Assembly (NCBI GenBank): GCA_003139355.1
Contig: PLIM01000087.1
Coordinates: 6,573 to 58,667, forward strand
Length of the DNA: 52,095 nucleotides
Direction: 5' to 3'
DNA from: Acidimicrobiaceae bacterium
GTDB lineage: Bacteria > Actinomycetota > Acidimicrobiia > Acidimicrobiales > Bog-793
The notes below the pieces were generated by a model. It had not been told where the DNA came from, ran no database searches, and saw nothing but the letters and a program-made list of their open reading frames with translations. The translations under genes and the position numbers were made by a program. Numbering within the stretch: the first letter of the stretch is position 1; the number at the start of each line of letters is the position of its first letter. Of the stretch, positions 41,535-52,095 are shown one piece after another.

Positions 41535-41759
41535 ATGCCAGGATTGGCGACCGGAGTGAGCAGGAAGCCCTCGCCGAGCTTCAGCACGTTGATCGGTATG
41601 GGCGTCGCAACAGCCCTGTGCATCGCCGTCGGAGTAGGCGGCGGGTACTGGCTGGACAGGACGTTCCACACCGGTGTGCTGCTCACGTTTGTTGGTTTGG
41701 CGCTCGGGGTGGTTGCCGCGGTTGCGGTGGTCTACTCCGATGTCAAGACGTTTCTCTGA
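41535..41759 (+). CDS. AtpZ/AtpI-family small membrane protein
   Basis: 74 aa, two TM segments around GYWLDRTFHT; first gene of the atp operon. Confidence 0.75.
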   Translation: MPGLATGVSRKPSPSFSTLIGMGVATALCIAVGVGGGYWLDRTFHTGVLLTFVGLALGVVAAVAVVYSDVKTFL

Positions 41760-41825
41760 GAGCCAGCAGTGGGGCCGACCCGCAAGGTCACACGCCGCTG
41801 TTCCAGAGACGATCAAGAAGAGAGC

Positions 41826-42242
41826 ATGGAGCGACTCGCAGCGGTACTGGGACAGCTTGACCTGCCGGAGATCTCGAGGATGCTCCGGCGGACGGTGTTC
41901 ACCGCCCTCGGCGTCGGCGTCGTCGCGCTCGTCGTGCTGTCGACCGTCGGCTACCCGCTTGCCGGGCTGGGTGCCTTAATCGGCCTCGGCCTTGGACTGG
42001 TGAACATCCGCCTCGTGATGTCGACGGCCTCGCGGCTGAATGCTTCGGGGACGACCAAGATCAAGCGCCCGATGGCGATGAGCACCTTGACGCGTCTCGC
42101 TCTCACGACCGTGGTCGCGATCGTCCTGGTCGTGGTGAACCTGCCACTCGGCATGGGCGTGCTCGGGGGCGTCGCGGTGTTCTACCTCCTCTTCGTCGTG
42201 AGCCTGGTGGTCACTCTGCTTCGCCAGGGGGCGGTCACATGA
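41826..42242 (+). CDS. atpI: ATP synthase protein I
   Basis: Four TM segments, GLGLGLVN..RL; ATGA overlap with atpB. Confidence 0.75.
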   Translation: MERLAAVLGQLDLPEISRMLRRTVFTALGVGVVALVVLSTVGYPLAGLGALIGLGLGLVNIRLVMSTASRLNASGTTKIKRPMAMSTLTRLALTTVVAIVLVVVNLPLGMGVLGGVAVFYLLFVVSLVVTLLRQGAVT

Positions 42243-42970
42243 CCGGTAACTGGCTGCTGGCCGGCGCGGGTTCCATCACGGTCGGCAACTCCCCCACGAT
42301 CAAGTTGTTCGGCCTGACGGTCAACAAGTACGACGTCATCTCCTCCCTCGTCGCGGGAGTGCTCGTCATCGGGATCGGGCTCGCCGTGAGGGTGCACATC
42401 ACCGCCGGTGTGCCCGGCAAGCTGCAGCTCGCCTTCGAGACCCTCTCGAATGCCGTCTCGGGTCAGGTCGAGTCGTCCATCGGCTCCAAGGGGCGGCGGA
42501 TCGTGCCGCTCGCGATGACGTTGTTTCTTTACATACTGTTCTGCAACTGGCTCGAGATGATCCCCACGGGTCACACCCCGCAGTTCCTGCCGTCCCCGAC
42601 CGGCGACGTGAACATGACCTACGCGATGGCGCTCACCGTGATCATCCTCGTGCATGCGACCTGGATCCGGACCCAGGGTCTGGGTCACTATCTCGGCCAC
42701 TACTTCCGGCCCTACAAGGTGCTTTTCCCGATTAACTTGATCGAAGAGATCGCGAAGCCGCTCACCCTGGCGCTTCGACTCTTCGGCAACATCTTCTCAG
42801 GCGGGATCATGCTGCTGTTGATCTGGGCGCTCCTCCCCTGGTTCGTAATCCCGATTGGGGACTTGGGTTGGAAGATCTTCGACGGCCTTTTCGTCGCGCC
42901 GATACAGGCGTTCATTTTCTCGTTGCTCACGATCCTTTACTTCCAGGCTGCGATGTCAGGCGAACATTGA
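42239..42970 (+). CDS. atpB: ATP synthase Fo subunit a
   Basis: KPLTLALRLFGNIFSG, IQAFIFSLLTILY. Confidence 0.95.
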   Translation: MTGNWLLAGAGSITVGNSPTIKLFGLTVNKYDVISSLVAGVLVIGIGLAVRVHITAGVPGKLQLAFETLSNAVSGQVESSIGSKGRRIVPLAMTLFLYILFCNWLEMIPTGHTPQFLPSPTGDVNMTYAMALTVIILVHATWIRTQGLGHYLGHYFRPYKVLFPINLIEEIAKPLTLALRLFGNIFSGGIMLLLIWALLPWFVIPIGDLGWKIFDGLFVAPIQAFIFSLLTILYFQAAMSGEH

Positions 42971-43061
42971 CCGCTCACAGCAGTGCCGAGGAGCGCAACT
43001 CGACGGCTCGTTGGAGCTCCGAGCAGATCCCACCCGTTCAGAAAGGGAGTAGGTAAACCCA

Positions 43062-43322
43062 ATGGCAAATGACCTCAACCAGGCGATCGAGCTTGCCGGC
43101 GCAATGGTCGGCGGCGGACTCGCCCTCGGCGGCGGCGCTATCGGCGCAGCCATCGGTGACGGCCTGGCAGGCAGCCAGACGATCGCCGGCGTCGCCCGCC
43201 AACCCGAGGCGCAAGGCCGGCTGTTCACGATCATGTTCATCATCGTGGGTCTCGTCGAGGCCATGTACTTCATCAACCTCGTCTTCATGGTCCTGTTCGT
43301 CTTCGTCCTCGCCAAGAAGTAG
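43062..43322 (+). CDS. atpE: ATP synthase Fo subunit c
   Basis: Gly-repeat helix, ARQPE loop, proton-carrying Glu in [11 protein letters not shown]. Confidence 0.96.
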   Translation: MANDLNQAIELAGAMVGGGLALGGGAIGAAIGDGLAGSQTIAGVARQPEAQGRLFTIMFIIVGLVEAMYFINLVFMVLFVFVLAKK

Positions 43323-43340
43323 CGACGGAGGTCTTGCTGG

Positions 43341-43886
43341 ATGCTGTTTGCAAGCGCCGCGACCGGCAACTCCGGCAACGGCGGCAACTTCCTGATCCCG
43401 AACGGCACGTTCGTTGTCGAGTTGGTGATCTTCCTGGTCGTGCTCGGGATCATCGCGAAATGGATCCTGCCGCCGCTGCAGAAGGTGGCCGAGACGAGGC
43501 GGGTACGTATCAGCACTGCGTTGCAGAATGCGGAGGCGACACGCGCCGAGAGCCAGAGCCTGCTCGCCGAGCGCGACCGGGTGCTGATCGAGGCGCGTGC
43601 CGAGGCCCGTGTCATCATCGACCACGCCAATCAAGGCGCTGACCTGGCACTCGAACACGGGCGCCAGAGGGGTCAGGAGGAATACGAACGGTTGGTCGGA
43701 GCCTCCCGGGATGAGATCGCAGATGAGGGCCGCCGAGCCCGGGAGGAGCTCGTCGGGCGTCTCGACACACTCGTGGTGGCCGCGGCCGAGCGCGTGCTCG
43801 GCAGCCGCGTCGATCCTGACCGGCACCGCGCGCTGATCGACGAGGCGATCGCCACGGCGACGGCCACGAGCGCGGGAGGGGACTAG
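43341..43886 (+). CDS. atpF: ATP synthase Fo subunit b, first copy
   Basis: NFLIPNGTF + one TM segment + coiled coil. Confidence 0.9.
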   Translation: MLFASAATGNSGNGGNFLIPNGTFVVELVIFLVVLGIIAKWILPPLQKVAETRRVRISTALQNAEATRAESQSLLAERDRVLIEARAEARVIIDHANQGADLALEHGRQRGQEEYERLVGASRDEIADEGRRAREELVGRLDTLVVAAAERVLGSRVDPDRHRALIDEAIATATATSAGGD

Positions 43887-43888
43887 GC

Positions 43889-44368
43889 GTGGCAGCGTAT
43901 CTGGCCGAGGTCTTCGGTTTCCTGCTGTTGGGCGTCTTCGTCTACCGCTTCCGCTATGCGTGGCCCTGGCTCAGGCAGCAGATGAACAAGCAGGCAGATT
44001 CGATCCGGTCATCACTCTCCTCTGCCGACGCTGCATTCGAGAGTGGCCAGCGTATGCTCGCCGAGGCACGTGCGGCCCTGGAGGCGGCGCATTCGGACGC
44101 GACGGCCATAATCGAACGGGCGCACGAGACCTCCGCCCAGCTCCTCCTCGATGGGGAGCACCGCGGCCGGGAGCAGTACGACAGGCTCGTCACGAGCGCC
44201 GCAGCCGAGGGCGACTTCGAGCGCCACCGCGCCCAAGAGGAAGTCACGCGGCAGGTTGGCGCCATCGTGATGGCCGCGACCGAGGTCGTCGTGGCCGCCG
44301 AGATCGACGCGTCGCTCCAGCGGGCGTTCATCGGTGAGACGATCGATGCCGCCGAGGCGATGGCATGA
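43889..44368 (+). CDS. atpF: ATP synthase Fo subunit b, second copy
   Basis: N-terminal TM segment + Ala/Glu/Arg coiled coil, between atpF and atpH. Confidence 0.82.
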   Translation: MAAYLAEVFGFLLLGVFVYRFRYAWPWLRQQMNKQADSIRSSLSSADAAFESGQRMLAEARAALEAAHSDATAIIERAHETSAQLLLDGEHRGREQYDRLVTSAAAEGDFERHRAQEEVTRQVGAIVMAATEVVVAAEIDASLQRAFIGETIDAAEAMA

Positions 44369-45315
44369 GGGACCTGCTGCGCGGTTACGCGACCGCGATC
44401 TTCGAATCGGCGGCGACGGTAGGGCACGCGCGCCGGGTCGCGAGCGATCTGGGTGTGTTCTCGCGGGCCCTTCACGAGTCTGACCCGCTCCGTAACGTGC
44501 TCACCGATGTGGCCATCGCGCCCCGGGCACGTCGCGGTGTCGTGCACGATCTATTGGAGGGAAAGGCTGCCGCCGAGTCTCAGGCGCTCGCTTCCTGGGC
44601 AGCACTGGTCGAGCCTGCCGCCGAGCTCCCAGTTGCCGTGCTTGCGCTGGTCGAGCTCGCTCTCGAGACCGCCGATGCGTCCGAAGCAGGCCAGGTCCGG
44701 CCCATCTCAGCCGAGGAGCTCCTTGGCGGCCGCACAGCAGTGCGCGAGCGGATCCGCGGCTACGCCGACCGACTGTTCCAGGAGGTCGACGGGCTGGAGC
44801 GTATCGACGACATCGAGGACGAATTGGTCCGTTTTGCGAGGACCGTCGACTCGAACCGTACCCTGCGCCGGGCGCTCGGCAACCCGTCAACTGCGGTCGC
44901 GCAACGGGTCGCTCTGGTCGAGGACCTGCTTCGAGGCAAGGTGCTTCCTGCGACTGCACGGCTCGTCGCCTACGTGCTGAAGGCCGGCCACATCCGGGAT
45001 CTCGTCGGCACGCTCGAGTGGGTCGCAGGGCTCGCTGCCGAGGAGCGAGGGCGGCGCGTCGCCGAGGTGCGCTCGGCCGTCGAGCTCGACGATGCCGAAT
45101 ACCTACGGCTCGTCGAGGCGCTCGAGCGTACGGCCGGTCATCCGGTCGAAGTCCGCGTGCAGATCGAACCCTCGCTGTTGGGCGGGATGGCCGTCGCGAT
45201 CGGGGATACCGTCATCGACGGCTCCGTGCGACACCGTCTCGACCGACTCCGCGAAACCCTGGCCCCGTCGACGGCTTTGCGAGACATGTCGACTCTTGAG
45301 CATGACCGTTCCTGA
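44365..45315 (+). CDS. atpH: ATP synthase F1 subunit delta, long form with duplicated N-domain
   Basis: Two GYA..LR..L..R..LL.GK repeats, then AEVRSAVEL..LLGGMAVAIGDTVIDGSV. Confidence 0.9.
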   Translation: MRDLLRGYATAIFESAATVGHARRVASDLGVFSRALHESDPLRNVLTDVAIAPRARRGVVHDLLEGKAAAESQALASWAALVEPAAELPVAVLALVELALETADASEAGQVRPISAEELLGGRTAVRERIRGYADRLFQEVDGLERIDDIEDELVRFARTVDSNRTLRRALGNPSTAVAQRVALVEDLLRGKVLPATARLVAYVLKAGHIRDLVGTLEWVAGLAAEERGRRVAEVRSAVELDDAEYLRLVEALERTAGHPVEVRVQIEPSLLGGMAVAIGDTVIDGSVRHRLDRLRETLAPSTALRDMSTLEHDRS

Positions 45316-45347
45316 ACCAGACGAATTGAGACAAAGGACCTTCACCG

Positions 45348-47069
45348 ATGCCTGAGCTCACGATCAACGCCGACGACATCGCCGCGGCACTGGCGCGTAA
45401 TGTGAGCGAGTTCACGGCCGAGACGGAGGCCGAGCAGGTTGGCCGCATTGCCGAGGTCGGCGACGGCATCGCACGGGTCACCGGCTTGCCTGGGGCCACC
45501 GTCAACGAACTGCTCGAGTTCGAAAATGGAACGGTCGGACTCGCCCTCAACCTTGACGAGGAATCGATCGGCGCGGTCGTGCTCGGCACGATGGACGGCC
45601 TCGACGAGGGGCAGGTGGTTCGCTCGACGGGCAGGATCTTGTCGGTGCCGGTGGGCGACGCCCTACTGGGCCGCGTCGTGAACCCCCTCGGTGAGCCAAT
45701 TGACGGGAAGGGCCCGCTCGGAGCCACCGTCGATCGCCGTCTCGAGATCCAGGCGCCGGGCATCGTGTCGCGCCAGCCGGTCTTCGAACCGTTGCAGACC
45801 GGCATCAAGGTCATCGACGCGATGACACCTATCGGTCGTGGCCAGCGCGAGCTCATCATCGGCGACCGCAAGACCGGCAAGACGACGATCGCTACCGACA
45901 CGATCATCAATCAGCGCGGCGCCGGGGTGAAGTGCATCTACGTCGCGATCGGCCAGAAGGGATCGACCATCTCCCAGACGGTCGCGACCTTCGCCGAGCA
46001 CGGCGCCCTCGCATACACCGTCGTCGTCGCGGCACCGGCTTCCGAGCCCGCACCTTTCAAGTACCTCGCCCCGTATGCGGGTTGCGCGATGGGCCAGCAC
46101 TGGATGGAGAACGGCGAGCACGCGCTCGTCGTCTACGACGACCTCTCCAAGCAGGCCGAGGCTTACCGCCAGATCTCCCTCCTTCTTCGCCGTCCCCCAG
46201 GCCGAGAGGCCTACCCCGGTGATGTCTTCTACCTCCACAGCCGTCTGCTCGAGCGGGCGGCAAAGCTCTCCGACAAGATGGGCGGCGGGTCGCTCACGGC
46301 TCTGCCGATCATCGAGACCAAGGCAGGTGACATCTCCGCCTATATCCCCACCAACGTCATCTCGATCACCGACGGCCAGATCTTCCTCGAGAGCGAGCTC
46401 TTCTATTCGGGTGTGCGCCCGGCGTTCAACGTCGGGAACTCGGTGTCACGAGTCGGGGGCGCGGCCCAGATCAAGGCGATGAAGTCGGTAGTCGGCACGC
46501 TCAAGATAGACCTGGCGCAGTTTCGTGAGCTCGAGGCGTTCGCCACGTTCGGCTCCGAGCTCGACAAGGCGTCGCAGGCACAGCTGGACCGCGGCTATCG
46601 CCTCACGGAGCTGCTGAAGCAGGGCCTGAACGTCCCCTTGCCGGTGCAGGAGCAGGTTGTCGTCATCTACGCGGGTGTGCGCGGGCACATCGACGACGTA
46701 CCCGTGGAAGAAGTGCAGCGCTTCGAGTCCGAGTTGCGGACGTTCATGCGGGCTCGCCACGCCGACATTCTCGAGAAGATCGTCTCAACGGGAGCCCTTT
46801 CGAACGAGAGCGCGCTCGAAGCCGCGATCGTGGAGTTCAAGCGAGGTTTCGGCTCCTCGGATGGGCCACCGGCCGAGGCTGCTGGTGCCGCCGGGGCAAC
46901 CGAGGAGGCCGGGGAGGCCGGGGCTGCCGGCGTAACCGAGGCTGCTGGTGCCGCCGGCACCGCTAGCTCAACCGAGGCTGCCGGCGCAACCGAGGCTGCT
47001 GGTGCCGCCGGCTCCGCTGGCTCAACCGAGGCGAGCGCCTCGGCTGTGGGCGAGAACGAGGCCGAGTAG
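45348..47069 (+). CDS. atpA: ATP synthase F1 subunit alpha
   Basis: [37 protein letters not shown]; low-complexity C-terminal tail. Confidence 0.98.
   Translation: MPELTINADDIAAALARNVSEFTAETEAEQVGRIAEVGDGIARVTGLPGATVNELLEFENGTVGLALNLDEESIGAVVLGTMDGLDEGQVVRSTGRILSVPVGDALLGRVVNPLGEPIDGKGPLGATVDRRLEIQAPGIVSRQPVFEPLQTGIKVIDAMTPIGRGQRELIIGDRKTGKTTIATDTIINQRGAGVKCIYVAIGQKGSTISQTVATFAEHGALAYTVVVAAPASEPAPFKYLAPYAGCAMGQHWMENGEHALVVYDDLSKQAEAYRQISLLLRRPPGREAYPGDVFYLHSRLLERAAKLSDKMGGGSLTALPIIETKAGDISAYIPTNVISITDGQIFLESELFYSGVRPAFNVGNSVSRVGGAAQIKAMKSVVGTLKIDLAQFRELEAFATFGSELDKASQAQLDRGYRLTELLKQGLNVPLPVQEQVVVIYAGVRGHIDDVPVEEVQRFESELRTFMRARHADILEKIVSTGALSNESALEAAIVEFKRGFGSSDGPPAEAAGAAGATEEAGEAGAAGVTEAAGAAGTASSTEAAGATEAAGAAGSAGSTEASASAVGENEAE
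46873..47011 (+). repeat. coding repeat in the atpA tail
   Basis: CCGAGGCTGCTGGTGCCGCCGG exact at 46873, 46936 and 46990 (EAAGAAG). Confidence 0.85.
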
Positions 47070-47073
47070 GCAC

Positions 47074-49559
<2,486 letters not shown>

Positions 49560-49568
49560 GCGGGCCCC

Positions 49569-50132
49569 ATGGCAAACCTGACCCACGCCGAGCTCATCAC
49601 GCCCGAACGCGTCCTGTTCTCGGGCGAAGCCGAAGCAGTCGTGTTGCGTTGCGACGGAGGCGATACGACCTTCCTGGCGAACCACATGGACTACGTCGGT
49701 GCCGTCGACATCTGCGTCGTGCGGATCGAGGGCGTACAACGTACCGGGGCGTCAGATGGGGGCACCGGAGCCGGCGGCGCGGCCACCCCGGGCGGCGGCG
49801 CGGCCACCCCGGGCGAGTCGACCTCGCTTGGTGAGGTGCGCGCCGCGGTGCACGGTGGCTTCGTCAAGGTGGCCGACAACAAGGTGACGATCGTCGCGGG
49901 AACCGCCGAGCTCGCCGAAGAGATCGATGTCGCGCGGGCGCAGCGCGCGCTCGAAGCGGCCGAGGCGACGCTCGAGGCCGGATCGAAGGCCGGCACGGCC
50001 GGCAGAGGGCTCGAGACGGCCGAAGGCCGGCCTTCTGGTGGCGATGTGGCTGAAGCTGATGCTGCGGCGGCCCGGGCCCGGGTGCGGCTGGAGGCGGCTG
50101 TCAAGCTCAAGGCGGACCTGAGCCGCATGTGA
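49569..50132 (+). CDS. atpC: ATP synthase F1 subunit epsilon
   Basis: ITPERVLFSGE, LANH, AVHGGFV, AEEIDVARA; last gene of the operon. Confidence 0.92.
   Translation: MANLTHAELITPERVLFSGEAEAVVLRCDGGDTTFLANHMDYVGAVDICVVRIEGVQRTGASDGGTGAGGAATPGGGAATPGESTSLGEVRAAVHGGFVKVADNKVTIVAGTAELAEEIDVARAQRALEAAEATLEAGSKAGTAGRGLETAEGRPSGGDVAEADAAAARARVRLEAAVKLKADLSRM
49773..49814 (+). repeat. 21-bp tandem duplication in atpC
   Basis: GGCGGCGCGGCCACCCCGGGC twice (GGAATPG x2). Confidence 0.85.
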
Positions 50133-50177
50133 GACCAGCGCGACAGAGCCCAGGCGGCTCGGCGTAAGTTCTGGGGC

Positions 50178-51011
50178 ATGAGATTCGCCTTCAAGACCGC
50201 TCCCCAGCACACGAACTGGGACGACATGCTCGATGTCTGGCGCGCCGCCGACGACATCGAGTTGTTCGAGTCCGGCTGGCTCTTTGACCACTTCTACCCG
50301 ATCTACTCGGATTCGACGGGGCCCTGCCTCGAGGGCTGGGTCACCCTCACCGCCTTGGCTCAGGCGACAAAGCGCCTTCGGCTCGGGACGCTGGTGACCG
50401 GAATCCACTACAGGCACCCGGCTGTGCTCGCCAACATGGCGGCGACGCTCGACATCATCTCGGGTGGCCGGCTCGAGGTCGGGATCGGGGCCGGTTGGAA
50501 TGAAGAGGAATCGGGTGCGTACGGCATCCCGCTCGGCACGCCGAAGGAGCGCAGCGACCGCTTCGAAGAGGCCTGTGAAGTCGTCATCGGCCTTCTTTCG
50601 GACGAGACGACCTCGTTCAAGGGGACCTTTTACGAGCTGGCGGGTGCTCGCTGCAACCCCAAACCGATCCAGCGGCCACATCCGCCGATCTGTATCGGCG
50701 GCAACGGTGAGCAGCGCACTCTGCGTACTGCAGCCCGCTTCGCCCAGCACTGGAACTTCCTCGGCGGCACGGTTGAGGAGTTCGCCCACAAGCGGGACGT
50801 GCTTCACCAGCATTGCGAGGACCTCGGGCGGGACCCGGAAGAGATACTGCTATCGAGTCACGTGCGCTTCGAGGGCGACCCCGCCGCGACAGCGGCGGCT
50901 GCTGCGGCGCTTTGCGAGGCGGGCGCTGGGCTCGCGATCGTCCAGCTCCGGCCGCCCCACACTCCCGACGTGCTCGAGCCGCTGGCGGAGGCCCTCGCCG
51001 AGCTGGGCTGA
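50178..51011 (+). CDS. LLM-class (probably F420-dependent) oxidoreductase
   Basis: WLFDHFYP, YRHPAVLANMAATLDIISGGR, GIGAGW, PKPIQRPHPPICIGG. Confidence 0.9.
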   Translation: MRFAFKTAPQHTNWDDMLDVWRAADDIELFESGWLFDHFYPIYSDSTGPCLEGWVTLTALAQATKRLRLGTLVTGIHYRHPAVLANMAATLDIISGGRLEVGIGAGWNEEESGAYGIPLGTPKERSDRFEEACEVVIGLLSDETTSFKGTFYELAGARCNPKPIQRPHPPICIGGNGEQRTLRTAARFAQHWNFLGGTVEEFAHKRDVLHQHCEDLGRDPEEILLSSHVRFEGDPAATAAAAAALCEAGAGLAIVQLRPPHTPDVLEPLAEALAELG

Positions 51012-51014
51012 GCA

Positions 51015-52079
51015 GTGACCCCAAGACGCCGGCTGACGGTTGCGCTCGTGGTGACCGGTGTGGTTGCCAATGAGATCGACGGCCTGCGCCGAGCGCTCGG
51101 GGCTGGAGCGCTGGAGCGCATCGCCCCGCACTGCACGCTCATTGCCCCGGTGAACGTCCGCGAGGAGAGCCTCGAGACAGTTCTTGCACAGGTCCGCGCC
51201 GCCGCCGCCAAGAGCGCGCCCATCGCGGTGAACCTGGGACCACCGGCCACGTTCTGGCCACGCGCGCCTGTTCTCTACCTGGCAGTTAGTGGGGACATCG
51301 ATGCCATGACAGAGCTCCGGCGTGACCTTGGGGCCGGCCCGCTTGCTCCACCCCCGGCGCGCCGGGAACGCGACTTCGTGCCGCACCTCACCCTTGACCA
51401 ACGGATCGAGCCCAGCCGGCTCCCGCATGCGCTGAAGGCGCTGGCCAGCTATCGGACGACGTACTGCTTCGAGCGTCTCACCGTTCTCGAACTGGACGCC
51501 GGCCATCGTTGGCAGCCGCTGGCCGACGCCGCACTGGGCAAGCCCATGGTGGCCGGGAGAGGCAGTCTCGATCTGGAGCTCTCCGTGGTCGAGCGCCCCG
51601 ACCCCGTGGTCGCCGCCTGGGCGGACGAGCAATGGGCCGGCTATTCGAGAGACCGCTATGGCGAGGCGGTCCGCCCGATCAAGCCGTACGCCCTCGTCGC
51701 GAGGGCCGACGGCCGTCCGGTCGGCTTTGCCGACGGTGAGATCCGGGGCCCGGTCTTGAGGATCGGCCGGTTGATCGTCAGCCCTGAATGGCGGAGCCTG
51801 GGAGTCGGCTCACACCTGCTGCGCGCCGTGGAGCGGCTCGGGCTCGAGCGGGGGTGCGGCCGAGTCCGGCTAGAGACGCTTCGCGGAGGCCGCGCGGAGC
51901 GGTTCTATGCCGAGCGAGGCTATGTGGTCACCGCGACCCTCCCGCGATGGCGCGAGGAGCATGACTTCGTCCTCATGGAGCGCGACATCGTCGTCACAGT
52001 TGGAGGACCGGCAGCTCAGGGGCGAAGCGGGAACGACTCGAGGAACCCGTCCACGGCCGGACGCGACGGTCTCACCTAG
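51015..52079 (+). CDS. 2H phosphoesterase (2'-5' RNA ligase-like) fused to a GNAT domain
   Basis: Two HxT motifs (PHCTL, PHLTL), then LIVSPEWRSLGVGSHLL..AERFYAERGY. Confidence 0.85.
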   Translation: MTPRRRLTVALVVTGVVANEIDGLRRALGAGALERIAPHCTLIAPVNVREESLETVLAQVRAAAAKSAPIAVNLGPPATFWPRAPVLYLAVSGDIDAMTELRRDLGAGPLAPPPARRERDFVPHLTLDQRIEPSRLPHALKALASYRTTYCFERLTVLELDAGHRWQPLADAALGKPMVAGRGSLDLELSVVERPDPVVAAWADEQWAGYSRDRYGEAVRPIKPYALVARADGRPVGFADGEIRGPVLRIGRLIVSPEWRSLGVGSHLLRAVERLGLERGCGRVRLETLRGGRAERFYAERGYVVTATLPRWREEHDFVLMERDIVVTVGGPAAQGRSGNDSRNPSTAGRDGLT

Positions 52080-52095
52080 CGGCAGTTTCCTGGCT

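Noticed and set aside
46873-47011. Spaced 22-bp repeats as a possible CRISPR array
   Set aside because: In frame within atpA, spacers resemble the repeats and each other, and no cas genes are present.

Overview
High-GC actinobacterial chromosome segment, most consistent with Acidimicrobiia (inferred from gene order and protein features, not from a search). Left arm: citrate synthase, small accessory genes, a hemQ-larE-NIL operon, a lone CIRCE-controlled groEL, and a SAM-I riboswitch ahead of a threonine-synthase paralogue plus a GG-ending sulfur carrier. Next come a collapsed gpgS remnant, otsA/otsB, ccdA, acnA, a MarR/YceI pair and a GGDEF gene. A decayed integrative element lies beside tRNA-Arg(CCG). 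The right two-thirds is the conserved actinobacterial block argS-lysA-hom-thrC-rho-rpmE-prfA-prmC-tsaC-rpiB-glyA-atp. It lacks thrB and is interrupted by a ~7 kb islet (frameshifted ABC exporter, GH94 cellobiose phosphorylase, GH1 beta-glucosidase). The atp operon has a mycobacterial-type Fo with b and delta unfused, a c subunit with Met at the bedaquiline-relevant A63 position, and low-complexity inserts in alpha, gamma and epsilon. The window ends with an F420-type LLM oxidoreductase and a 2H-phosphoesterase-GNAT fusion. The best candidates for an under-described system are the SAM-controlled sulfur-relay genes with the nearby orphan LarE-NIL pair, the unfused mycobacterial-like ATP synthase, and the 2H-GNAT fusion. 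All family calls come from recognised motifs; no database search was run.
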